Below, in pieces: positions 41,938-51,351 of a DNA stretch of 64,000 nucleotides. This stretch comes from an uncultured delta proteobacterium. GTDB lineage: Bacteria; Desulfobacterota; Binatia; UBA9968. Position 1 is the stretch's first letter. Each line of letters starts with the position of its first letter. A program made the position numbers and the translations under genes. The notes under the pieces were generated by a model that saw only the letters and a program-made list of their open reading frames with translations, was not told the origin of the DNA and searched no databases. The stretch covers positions 60,638 to 124,637 of the forward strand of contig CAVWLW010000034.1 in the NCBI GenBank assembly GCA_963755715.1. The letters are read 5' to 3'.

Positions 41938-44599
41938 TTAGCCAATGAGTCCTAAGTATCGCCAATAGGGAATAGCGACAATCAGCGCGATGATATAGGC
42001 GATCGCATAGAAATACATTGATACGGCACATGAGCGGATACGAAAAGCCTTTGCCGTCAGTAGTCGAATAGGCGAGCATGTGCCAGTCGACCTGATAAGG
42101 AAAAAACCAAACCTCCGATGCGATCAAGATAATCATCGCGATGATCCACGGGCTCATGCCGACGTCGATGGACAACGGCAGCAAGGCGACTGACAAGGTG
42201 ACGACGGCCAAGAAGCTGGTGAAGATCAGCTTCAAGGCGTAGGTGAGCAGAGCGATGATCAAGAAAAACCACACCGGGCTGTCCATGAAGGGCAAAATTA
42301 AAGGCGACATGATGTCGACGAGCCATTGATCGATTTTTGCCTGTTTCAAAAGCGTCGGAATGGCCAGCGTCACACCCATGTGAATTAGCAACTCCCAGTC
42401 GATACCCTTGCGCAGCATGTTCCAATCGATGATGCCCGTATTCACCAGGGTCGCAAAGGCGATGATCGCGATCCAGGCACCGTCGATGCCGTGGTAGGGA
42501 GCCGTCAGCCAGCCTGTCACCGTGAACAGGAGCACGCCCAGGCTGATCCATTCTTTGTACGACAGCGGTCCAAGTATATTGAGTTGGGTCTGCACCATCG
42601 TGTAGGAGATCTTCGGTTGAGACTCGGGCCGATAAAGAAAGATCGTGCAGAGCAAAATGATGATGATCACCACGAGGGTCGGCGGCAAAGCCGCGATAAA
42701 CCAATAGCCCCAGGTAAACTGAGCGCGCACGTCGCTCGGCAACAAACCCCAGGCAATCAGGCTGGTCGTCGATCCGGTTAGGAAAAGAAATCCCAACTGG
42801 CCGAGACCGAGAAAGCTCGCGACGAACAAACCCGTCGACGCCTTCGACGGTGTTTTGTAGCCCAAGCTTTCGGAAAGGTTCACCAGCATTTGGCTGGTGA
42901 TCACCGTGCGCGCAGTTTGTTGCGGGATCAACGCCATGACGATCACGCCCATGATGCCGGTGGCGAAGATCTGCCAGTAATAACTGAGCGGAAACAGGCG
43001 CACGAGATGGAGCGAGAGCCGGTAAAATAGTCCGGAACCGGTGATCGCCGCGCCCAGCCCGAGCACGCCCAGCGTCATGAACCACGTCGTGCTGGCGAAG
43101 CCACCCATGACGGTCTCGGCCGATTCCAGCTTGGTGAGAATGATCGCCATCGCAAAGACGAGGGCGACGCCGTAGTCCGGCAGGACGCGGAAAACCCAGA
43201 AAATCAGCGTCAAAGAGATTAGACCGAGGAGCTTGACGGCCGATGAGTCGAGGCCGATATCCGGTTGGCCAAACCAGAGATAACCGCCCAATCCGAGCCC
43301 CATCAGCGCGCCTAGCCACTTACTCGAAGACGACGAACCCAACAATGAGTGCCATGACCTTATGCGAATCCGCGTGCCGACGCCGTTTTTGGCAACGGGC
43401 AGCGCGACAGTCGACCGGGAAATTTGTTGGGCGTTTTCTTGAAAGCCATCGGCGGCCGCGCTTTCCTGGCTGATTAAGTTGAGCGCGCTGCGCAAGTGAT
43501 TGATCGCTTGCTCGTATTCCGTGCGCTGCGCGAAGCTCTCCGCCATACGGCGGTAGCCCGCGATCGCGTCGGCGGCCAGCGCGCCGCTCGCCTTCTGCGC
43601 CACGGCTTCGCGGTAACATCGGTAAGCGCCCGCCATGTCGCCCAGTTGAATCAACGCGCTGCCGCGTAAAATGACGAGCCGGGGATCGGCCAAAAATTGT
43701 TCTTGCGGCAAACTTTCCAAGACATTTTTGACGAACAGCGGCGCTTGGGCGAGCAGTTGTTCGCTCCCCTCGGTCAAAAGCCTGATCAACTTCGGCCAGT
43801 TCTGCATCTGCAAAGTGTGATGAATCGCTTCCTGCAACTCGCCGATCGCCTCATAGCGGTCGGCGAAGAGCGCGTGCAAGCGCTGCTTCGTCTCCAAGCC
43901 GTCGATGGCAAGCAATTTCTCATGCAAAAAATCTTTAAAGAAGCTGTGCAGCTCGTACTTGCCGTTTTCCAAGCGCCGTATCAGCGGAAACTGACTATCG
44001 CCGAATTCGGTGATGAGACTCGTCGGCGCGTCGTTTTGAAACAGTTCGGTCAAAGTATTTTTATCGACCGCGCCGAGCAAAGACGCCTGGCGGAAAAACG
44101 ACTGTTCTTCGGCCGAGCGCGAGTTGTAAAACTCTTCCGCCAGGGAATTAAAAGCCTCGCGGCCGGTCGAATACTGCCGATCGACGTAGGAAAGCCGCTT
44201 GCTCAAAGTCGCGCAAAACTGCAGCAACCAGGTCGGGTGCTTTTCGATCAACTCATCCCAATCGTCGCGCCGCAGCCGCCAAAGGACGGTTTCTTTGACC
44301 GTACGGATGGTCGCCGAGCGAGGCTCTCCCGAAAGCAGCGCCATTTCGCCAAACCAGTCGCGCTGGCCCGAGGATCGCCACGACTTCGGATTTTCCCGCG
44401 CCGCTTTCCAGCAGCACCTGGACGGCGCCCGGCTTGGATCAAGTAGAACGCGTCGCCCTGATCGCCTTGGCGAAAAAATCGTCACCCCGGCAGGAAAAGA
44501 AATTTCTTCCATCTTGCCGAGAACCTTGGCGACGTCTTCGCGCGAAAGCCCGGAAAAAATCGGAATGCTGCGGATCGTATCGGCGAGGTGTGGCTCCAT
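41938..44599 (-). CDS. cNMP-binding domain + TPR/helical region + DASS (SLC13) transporter fusion, frameshifted
   Basis: IPIFSGLSREDV...FGEMALLSGEPRSAT; TPR-like RGSALIQLGDMAGA; GFASTTWF, FLTGSTT, FFPYQ; corrected end PYWRYLGLIG* at 41938. Confidence 0.8.
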
Positions 44600-44610
44600 G
44601 GCGGTTCCGA

Positions 44611-45585
44611 CTATCGGATGACTTTATCCGCTTTTTTCAACATGTCCGGAGAAAACTGAATGCCGATGAAATTGGCGGTCCGATAATTGAGTGTGAGATC
44701 GAATTTAGCGGCCCGCTCGATGGGCAAGGACGCCGCCGGCGCGCCCTTGATGATCCGGTCGAGCAAGCCGGCCGCGCGCCGGCCCATATCGAGATAGCTC
44801 GGGCCGTAAGCGGCGAGCGCGCCCTGAATCGCCCAGGCTTCTTCGTTAAACATCGTCGGTAATTTCTTTGCGCGCGCGGTCGCGAAAAGAAATTCCGACT
44901 CGCTCTCGAATAAATCGTCGGCGATCTGAAAAATCCCCGCGCCCGGTTCGCCACGCACGCTGCTAAGGGTGGTTTTCAATTCATCGGCCGATTTGATGCC
45001 CCAACCCGTCGCTTGCAGCCCCAATTTTTTTGCCGCGGCTTCAATAGCATCATAATTTTTGCGCGAGAAGTTATTGTTGGCGTCGTAAAAGACTAGAATT
45101 TTTTTGAGCTCCGGAATAATTTCTTTAAACAGCATCAGGCGCCGCTCGGAGGTGGCGGCGGCGTAGGCCGCCACTCCGGTCAAATTTTTCGGCTGCTCAC
45201 CGTCGCCTTTTATCAAACCGGCGACGATCGGATCGCCCGGGTAAACGAATACGATCGGAACTTCGTGCGTCGCTGCCAGTGCCGCGCGGGTCGCGCTCGT
45301 TCCGGTGGTAAAGATCGCGGTGACATTGCGTGCGAGAAGTTCGCCGGCCGCCGGCTGCAACGCCGCGCGGTTGCCTTTGACGTTGCGCGTTTCGAAAAAA
45401 AGATTTTTTCGCTCCTGATAGCCGAGCTCTTTGAGCCCCGCGCTCAGGCCTTTAAGGGCTTGCGATTGGGCGCGCTCCATCTCCTGCACCAGGATTCCCA
45501 CGCGCACCGGCGTTTGCCCCTGGGCCAGAGTGAAAAAGGCAGCGACAAAAAAAATGGTGATTAGACCGGTGAAACTTTGCAGCAT
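44611..45585 (-). CDS. ABC-type substrate-binding protein (PF04392-like)
   Basis: GLKELGYQE, VPIVF..GDP, YGPSY..MG, LPIE..KFDLTLN..TA, ADKVIR. Confidence 0.85.
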   Translation of the reverse strand: MLQSFTGLITIFFVAAFFTLAQGQTPVRVGILVQEMERAQSQALKGLSAGLKELGYQERKNLFFETRNVKGNRAALQPAAGELLARNVTAIFTTGTSATRAALAATHEVPIVFVYPGDPIVAGLIKGDGEQPKNLTGVAAYAAATSERRLMLFKEIIPELKKILVFYDANNNFSRKNYDAIEAAAKKLGLQATGWGIKSADELKTTLSSVRGEPGAGIFQIADDLFESESEFLFATARAKKLPTMFNEEAWAIQGALAAYGPSYLDMGRRAAGLLDRIIKGAPAASLPIERAAKFDLTLNYRTANFIGIQFSPDMLKKADKVIR

Positions 45586-45660
45586 GTTGGATTGGCTATT
45601 CAGATTTGCGCCGATCCCTTGGATCGGCGCGCTGTTTTGCCACGCACGACGCGAAAAATC

Positions 45661-46593
45661 TTACAGCAGACTTATTTCCATTCCTTCCCGAGCGACGACC
45701 GCGGAATGAAAAAGTGCCTTGGTCTGCTTTTCGATCTCTTTCATGGTTTTGTCGTCATGAGTCGGCTCGTGATGAAAGAGCACGAGCCGTTTGACCTCGG
45801 CTTTCTTGGCGACGTCAACGGCCATATCAATGGTGCTGTGGCCCCAGCCCTGGCGCGCCTTGGTGCGGGAAAAATACTCCTCTGGAAGATATTGAGCGTC
45901 ATGGATCAACAAATCCGCGCCGCGAGCGAACTCGATCACTTCCGGGTATCCGCCTTCTTGTTGTTCGATGTCCGTGGCATAAACGAAACTTTTATTCTGG
46001 TAATGAACGCGGTAGAGCATGACGCCGTTCAACGGATGGGCCGCGCTCTTGCAAGTGGTCACGACTAATTCCTCCCCGTCAGGACCGCTTGCCGCCCGTG
46101 CTTTTTCAATCTTAGGTCGTCTGCCTGGCGAGCCAAAGCGAATGATTTCGCCGCCGGTGAGCGAGAAAATTTCCTTTTTCCCTTTAAGCTCATCGAGCGA
46201 AACGGGAAAAAGATGACTGTTGGTCAAGTGGCGCAAACTTCGCGTCAGCGCCCCACGAGTGGCGCCGGGACCGAGAATAAACGTACGCGCTGCGGCTGTC
46301 AGCAGCGGCTCGAAAAAACATAGGCCTAAAACATGGTCGATGTGAGTATGGCTTAGAAAAACATAAGCCGCTGGCGGGGCGGTGGCGCCATTACAAAGCT
46401 CCTTGCCGAGCGGAATGATTCCCGTGCCGGCATCGAAGATCAGCCTGCGCCCGTCGACTCTGACCTCGACGCACGAAGTATTGCCACCGACGCCGAGCGT
46501 GGCCGCGTCGACCGTGGGATAGCTGCCGCGCACGCCCCAAAATTTCAGCCTGAAGTCTTGTGAACTCTTGAGGTCGGGCTGAGATCGGCTCAT
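45661..46593 (-). CDS. MBL-fold metallo-hydrolase (candidate cyclic nucleotide phosphodiesterase)
   Basis: FWGVRGS, GGNTSCVEV, DAGTG, SHTHIDH, WGHST, LFHHEP. Confidence 0.85.
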   Translation of the reverse strand: MSRSQPDLKSSQDFRLKFWGVRGSYPTVDAATLGVGGNTSCVEVRVDGRRLIFDAGTGIIPLGKELCNGATAPPAAYVFLSHTHIDHVLGLCFFEPLLTAAARTFILGPGATRGALTRSLRHLTNSHLFPVSLDELKGKKEIFSLTGGEIIRFGSPGRRPKIEKARAASGPDGEELVVTTCKSAAHPLNGVMLYRVHYQNKSFVYATDIEQQEGGYPEVIEFARGADLLIHDAQYLPEEYFSRTKARQGWGHSTIDMAVDVAKKAEVKRLVLFHHEPTHDDKTMKEIEKQTKALFHSAVVAREGMEISLL

Positions 46594-46599
46594 GAGAAT

Positions 46600-47682
46600 T
46601 TATTTGGCTCCCGTCACGTTGAACGCTAGAATCGGCCGGCTGATTCCCTTGAGGCTCAGCTCTTGAATCGATTCTGCGGCGAAGGTATTTTCCAACCGGC
46701 TCATCGTTTTTTGATCGGTAAGAATCTGTCCGCCCTTCGCCTCAGCGCACAAGCGCGCTGCCAGGTTCGGTAGATTGCCCACGGTGCCGTAGTCCATCCG
46801 TCCTTCAAAGCCCATCGTTCCCAGTGTCGCGTAGCCGGTGGCAAAGCCAACGCCCAAGTCGAGATCATAGCCTTTTTTGAGCCACGCGGCGCGTAATTCT
46901 TTAACGCGGTCACGCATATCGAGCGCCATCAGCGCGGCTTTCTGCGTGTGGTTGTCACACGGAATCGGGTCGTTGAAAATTACCACAATCCCGTCGCCCA
47001 TGAAACGTTCCAGAGTCCCCTCGTATTTGAAAACCAACTTGCCCATTTCGCCATGATAGTGACGCAAAAAATCCATTACCTCTTCCGGTTCGGCATTATC
47101 GGAAAACGCCGTGAAACCGCGCAGGTCGAGAAACACGATGGTAATTTCCCGGCGGTGGGTTTTGAACAGATCGTCATCCTGGCCGAGGATCGTTTCGGCA
47201 ATCTGCGGCGAGAGATAGCGCTTGAGGCGCGCCATGCGCTCGAGCTCTTTGACTTGCTGATTGATCTTGTCGGCGAGGGTGCGGTTCCACTCTTCGAGCG
47301 TGTCATGCATCTCTTTAAGCCGTAGCATCGCGCGCACCCGCGCCAAAAGCTCGAAGGAGTCGAACGGCTTGGTGACGTAATCGTCAGCGCCGGCGTCGAG
47401 ACCGGCGACTTTGTCCTCCTGGGTTGCTTTCGCCGTGAGCAGAATGACGGGAATCCCCTTCTGTTCCGGGTTCGCTCTCAGTTGCTTGACTACTTCGAGT
47501 CCGTTCATCCGCGGCATCATGTAGTCGAGCAAGATCACATCCGGCTTAAAGCTGGCAATTTTTTCCAGCGCCTCGACGCCGTCGCCGGCTCTTTCAAGCC
47601 GATAGTCATAATCCATGAGTTCTTGCTCGAGCAAATCGAGATTGAACGGCTCGTCGTCAACGATGAGGATTTTATTGGCCAT
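46600..47682 (-). CDS. Response regulator receiver + class III nucleotide cyclase
   Basis: ILIVDDE, LLDYMMP, KPF; FLDLRGFT, FMGDG, NLAARL. Confidence 0.92.
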   Translation of the reverse strand: MANKILIVDDEPFNLDLLEQELMDYDYRLERAGDGVEALEKIASFKPDVILLDYMMPRMNGLEVVKQLRANPEQKGIPVILLTAKATQEDKVAGLDAGADDYVTKPFDSFELLARVRAMLRLKEMHDTLEEWNRTLADKINQQVKELERMARLKRYLSPQIAETILGQDDDLFKTHRREITIVFLDLRGFTAFSDNAEPEEVMDFLRHYHGEMGKLVFKYEGTLERFMGDGIVVIFNDPIPCDNHTQKAALMALDMRDRVKELRAAWLKKGYDLDLGVGFATGYATLGTMGFEGRMDYGTVGNLPNLAARLCAEAKGGQILTDQKTMSRLENTFAAESIQELSLKGISRPILAFNVTGAK

Positions 47683-47686
47683 AAGT

Positions 47687-48052
47687 TTAACCGAGGTACT
47701 TTTTGATCTTTTGGAGCAGCGCGTCCTCGTCAATCGGCTTCGGCAGGTAATCGTCACAGCCCGCCTTGCGCGCATCGATCTCGTCACCGACCATGGCGTG
47801 GGATGTGACGGCGATAATCGGAATCTGTCTCAACGCATCATTGGCTTTGATGCGCCGGGTCGCTTCCCACCCGTCCATCACCGGCATGCCCAAATCCATC
47901 AGGATGAGATCGGGTCTTTCCTGTTCCGTTTTCATGACGCCCTCGGCGCCATCCACGGCTTGCAAAACAGCATAGTCGTCTTCGAGCAGCTGCACGAGCA
48001 AATCGCGGTTCCAGTCGGTATCGTCGACCACCAGAATCTTCTTTTTGGACAT
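47687..48052 (-). CDS. Single-domain response regulator (DivK/CheY-like)
   Basis: ILVVDD, ILMDLGMPVMDG, AVT, KP. Confidence 0.93.
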   Translation of the reverse strand: MSKKKILVVDDTDWNRDLLVQLLEDDYAVLQAVDGAEGVMKTEQERPDLILMDLGMPVMDGWEATRRIKANDALRQIPIIAVTSHAMVGDEIDARKAGCDDYLPKPIDEDALLQKIKKYLG

Positions 48053-48077
48053 GACTAATTCCTTTCCGAATAACCAC

Positions 48078-48107
48078 GTAAGGGGTAAGCCGTCAGGGGT
48101 AAGGGGT
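48078..48107. repeat. Heptamer tandem array, left flank of four-helix-bundle gene
   Basis: CGTAAGG-GGTAAGC-CGTCAGG-GGTAAGG. Confidence 0.7.
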
Positions 48108-48122
48108 GCCGGACCGCACGCT

Positions 48123-48482
48123 TCATTTTTTTGCTAAGTGACGGATTAGTCCAGTGATGGTTTTATCGATTCGGTCCATACGTGCATTGACGATTCCACG
48201 TCTATTCTCATCGATGTAACTCAGTCGCGTCGCCAACTCCACCTGCGTATCCAACTCGCTAAGGGAAGCCTGGGCAATGTGAAGATAATTCATGAATTCT
48301 TTTCTTGTGTGTCTCGCGGCGCCTTCTGCGATGTTGCTTGGGATACTGATCGCCGCCCGGCGAATCTGATCGATCAATCCATACCTTTCATGATTGGGAA
48401 ACTTGTCTGTTTCGTTGTAAATCTCGATCACCAGGTCCATCGAAAGTTTCCAGGCATCAAGTCTCTTATGCGGCTTTTCCAT
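48123..48482 (-). CDS. Four-helix-bundle protein (23S rRNA IVS / Avd-like family)
   Basis: HKRLDAWK, FPNHERYGLIDQIRRAAISIPSNIAEG, IAQASLSELDTQ. Confidence 0.9.
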   Translation of the reverse strand: MEKPHKRLDAWKLSMDLVIEIYNETDKFPNHERYGLIDQIRRAAISIPSNIAEGAARHTRKEFMNYLHIAQASLSELDTQVELATRLSYIDENRRGIVNARMDRIDKTITGLIRHLAKK

Positions 48483-48518
48483 GATTAATCCCTTTACACG
48501 TTGTTTCTGTCTTCTGCT

Positions 48519-48553
48519 TTTGACGCCTTACGCCTAACCCCTTACCCTTTACG
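48519..48553. repeat. Heptamer tandem array, right flank, inverted relative to the left
   Basis: TTTGACG-CCTTACG-CCTAACC-CCTTACC-CTTTACG. Confidence 0.7.
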
Positions 48554-50969
48554 CTCCCGGTTTCAATTCCATCGGCATGGTGATCGTGAACTTCGACCCT
48601 TTGCCTTCTTCGCTCTCGACGACGATCTCGCCGCCGAGCAGATTGATGAATCGTCGGACAATCGCCAAGCCCAGGCCCGTGCCGCCGTACCGGCGCGTGC
48701 TCGACATGTCGGCCTGGCGAAACTCTTCAAAGATCAAATCCAGCGCTTCTTTTTTCATGCCGATGCCGGTGTCGGACACGGTGAGCTTGAGTGAGCCATT
48801 GTCGCGCCACGCGGCGACTTTGATCTCGCCTTTTTCGGTGAACTTGACCGCGTTGCTCAGAAGATTGAGCACCGATTGTTTGAGCTTGTCGCGATCGGTT
48901 TTGAGCGGCGGGATGTCAGGAGCGATTTCTGTCACGAGCTTGACCCGGCCATCTTTCAGCAGCGGCTCCACCGTGGCGATCGTCATGCGCATGACTTCGT
49001 CGAGCTTAAACGACTCGACGTAGGCTTCCATCCGGCCCGCTTCGATTTTCGCCAGATCGAGCAAGCCGTTGATCAGATTGAGGAGATGTTCCGAGCTGAT
49101 CAGAACTTTTTGCAGATTATCTTTCTGCAGCTTTTCAATCTGCCCTTCGGTCTTGCGCAGCACCAAGCGAGTAAAGCCGATGATCGAATTGAGCGGCGTG
49201 CGCAGCTCGTGACTGACGTTGGCGAGAAACTGCGACTTGTGTTTGTTGGCGGCCTCGAGCTGCTCATTTTTGTCCTGGATCTCCTGGAACAGGCGAACGT
49301 TCTCAATCGCGATGACGGCCTGATCGGCGAAGGTTGTCACCAGAGCAATTTGTTTGTCGGTGAAGGCTTCGACTCTTTCGCGCCAAATCACGATGACGCC
49401 GATCGGCATGCCTTCTCTCAGCATCGGCACGCCGAGAAGCGTGCGGTAGCCGCCGGCTTTTTGGGCTTCGCTCCATTTGTAATCAGGATCGGCTAGCACG
49501 TCGGGGATGTGCACGGGGCGGCGCTCGAGCACCACCCGGCCCACAAGCGTCTCTCTGCCGGAGGCGTGGATCGGATGTTCTTTCATGAATGTTTTGAACT
49601 CATCCGAGGCGCCGTAGCTGACGGCGATGGTGTAGACGTCTCCATGAAGTCTGTGAATGTAACCTTTGTCGGCGCCGCAAAGCTTCGTGGCATTTTCGAT
49701 GAGCGTTTCAAGGACGGGCTGTAGGTCGAAAGCCGAACGGCTGATGACCTTGAGCACTTCGCTGGTCGCGGTTTGCTGGTCCAACGATTCTGTCAGCTCG
49801 CGGGTGCGGTCTTCGACCTTATGCTCCAAATTGGCGTAGGACTCTTGAAGCTGGGAAGTCATCTTGTTGAATTCGTCAGCGAGCACTTCGATCTCGTCAC
49901 CGGTCTTGAGATTCAAGCGATAGCCGAGATCGCCGGTGCCGATGCGCTCCACGCCTTCGCGCAAGATGCGCACGGGTTGAATGACGCGGCGAGCGAGGAA
50001 GTAACTGGCAAAGAGCGCCATGCCGAGACCGATCAAAGCTAACGCAGCGGTCCGTAGCATCGAGGCGTAGAGCGCCTCGTAGGCTTCTTCGACGGGGCGA
50101 TCGACGATCACGGCCCAATCGAAGTCGCGGATCAGCGCAAACGAGCTGAGCACCTCTTTGCCGTTAATGTTCGGCGCGATGACGGCATGGGCGGCGGCCG
50201 CCTCGGGCCCCTCGAAAGCGGCTTTGACAACCGCCAACTGGCGCACGTTGCGGCGCTGCAATACCAAGCTGATGTCGGGATGCGCAATCAGCTCGCCGGA
50301 TCGGCTGACCGCGTAGGCATAACCCGCCTTGCCGATGGTGATGCTTGAAACGACGTCGCCGATGTACTTGAGATTGACCTCCGCTTGCAGCACGCCGATG
50401 ACGTCGCCGGCAAAACGTTCGATGGGCACGGCGATCGTCATATAAGGTTCCGAGCCGCGCACGAAATAGACCGGACCGAAATAAGATTTTCCCCGTTGCG
50501 CCTGCTTGAACGGCACGGCGGTCGAAAGGTCCTTCTTGGCGTCGGGCAGAACGGTGCGCAAGCGCGACGCTTGCACTTGAATGACGCCATTTTCATTGAG
50601 CGCGATCGCTTCGGTGACCGCCGGCGCGATCAGCAGTAGCTTTTCCAGCTCGAAGCGAAAGTCCACTGTGAGCCCCTTGGGCGCGATATCGCGGCTCTTG
50701 GTCGCGCCTTTGAGGACGTTGTGAATCTCCTGCACGAAATGTTCGATCTTGAAGGCGGCGCCGGTGGCGATCTCTTTTTGCAAGCGCGCCAACTCCTCGC
50801 GGCTTTCCTGATAGCGAAAATAAATTTCAATCAGGCCGCTGGTGATCAAACCTCCGCCGATGAGCACCACGGAGATCAAAAAATAATCGCGCACCAGCCG
50901 CCCCCGCCGCGGCGCGCCGAAGTTTCTGAAGAAGGGGAAATTGCGGATATTTATTTTCCAGCGACTCAT
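48549..50969 (-). CDS. Sensor histidine kinase (Cache-HAMP-GAF-HisKA-HATPase)
   Basis: TM, Cache (SEPYMTIAVP, GYAYAV..G.LIAHPD), HAMP (GDEIEVLADEFN), GAF (LLGVPM, FADQAVIAIEN), SHELRTPLN, N/G1/F/G2 boxes. Confidence 0.93.
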   Translation of the reverse strand: MSRWKINIRNFPFFRNFGAPRRGRLVRDYFLISVVLIGGGLITSGLIEIYFRYQESREELARLQKEIATGAAFKIEHFVQEIHNVLKGATKSRDIAPKGLTVDFRFELEKLLLIAPAVTEAIALNENGVIQVQASRLRTVLPDAKKDLSTAVPFKQAQRGKSYFGPVYFVRGSEPYMTIAVPIERFAGDVIGVLQAEVNLKYIGDVVSSITIGKAGYAYAVSRSGELIAHPDISLVLQRRNVRQLAVVKAAFEGPEAAAAHAVIAPNINGKEVLSSFALIRDFDWAVIVDRPVEEAYEALYASMLRTAALALIGLGMALFASYFLARRVIQPVRILREGVERIGTGDLGYRLNLKTGDEIEVLADEFNKMTSQLQESYANLEHKVEDRTRELTESLDQQTATSEVLKVISRSAFDLQPVLETLIENATKLCGADKGYIHRLHGDVYTIAVSYGASDEFKTFMKEHPIHASGRETLVGRVVLERRPVHIPDVLADPDYKWSEAQKAGGYRTLLGVPMLREGMPIGVIVIWRERVEAFTDKQIALVTTFADQAVIAIENVRLFQEIQDKNEQLEAANKHKSQFLANVSHELRTPLNSIIGFTRLVLRKTEGQIEKLQKDNLQKVLISSEHLLNLINGLLDLAKIEAGRMEAYVESFKLDEVMRMTIATVEPLLKDGRVKLVTEIAPDIPPLKTDRDKLKQSVLNLLSNAVKFTEKGEIKVAAWRDNGSLKLTVSDTGIGMKKEALDLIFEEFRQADMSSTRRYGGTGLGLAIVRRFINLLGGEIVVESEEGKGSKFTITMPMELKPGA

Positions 50970-50980
50970 GTGCGGTTGGG

Positions 50981-51010
50981 CTATCTTATCACTTTATCCG
51001 CCCGGCCAAC
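50981..51010 (-). pseudogene. 3'-end fragment of a PF04392-type SBP gene
   Basis: Encodes (V)GRADKVIR*, matching the conserved C-terminus of the neighbouring paralogues. Confidence 0.55.
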
Positions 51011-51351
51011 CGCAGGGCGTCGGTCAATCGCGGAGGCACCGCTTGAATGCGGTACGACCCGTCCGTTTGTTGCACGAAAACCAGCAAGTCTGCCACCGTG
51101 GCCTTCAAGGCGTGGCGACCTCCCGCGATAGGGTAATGTGAACTTCGCGGTTATTTTTACGTCCTTAATATTTCCAACGATCATGACGGTGACGGAGACA
51201 GATTTTCTCTGTCAAGGTGACAGTATCACGGTTTATAGCTTGGGTCGTGGTTTATTCGGCTGCCAAGCATCGCCTCCGGAGAGCGATGAGCCATGGGGTA
51301 TTACTGGTTCCCTCAGTCCTCCGCACTTGTTTTACTCAATACTCCGCACTG

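Noticed and set aside
42057-43319. 420-aa alternative-frame ORF overlapping the DASS gene
   Set aside because: Arg/Gly-rich shadow frame of GC-rich coding DNA; no motifs
44611-47682. Cyclase + MBL + cNMP-binding membrane protein as a Pycsar/CBASS-like defence system
   Set aside because: The cyclase is REC-fused and kinase-coupled and the effector is a full DASS transporter; this fits signalling better, though it is not formally excluded
48123-48482. Four-helix-bundle gene as part of a diversity-generating retroelement
   Set aside because: No reverse transcriptase and no TR/VR pair with adenine-specific mismatches seen in the window
51181-51215. TTGACA upstream of the kinase
   Set aside because: No -10 hexamer at 16-18 nt spacing
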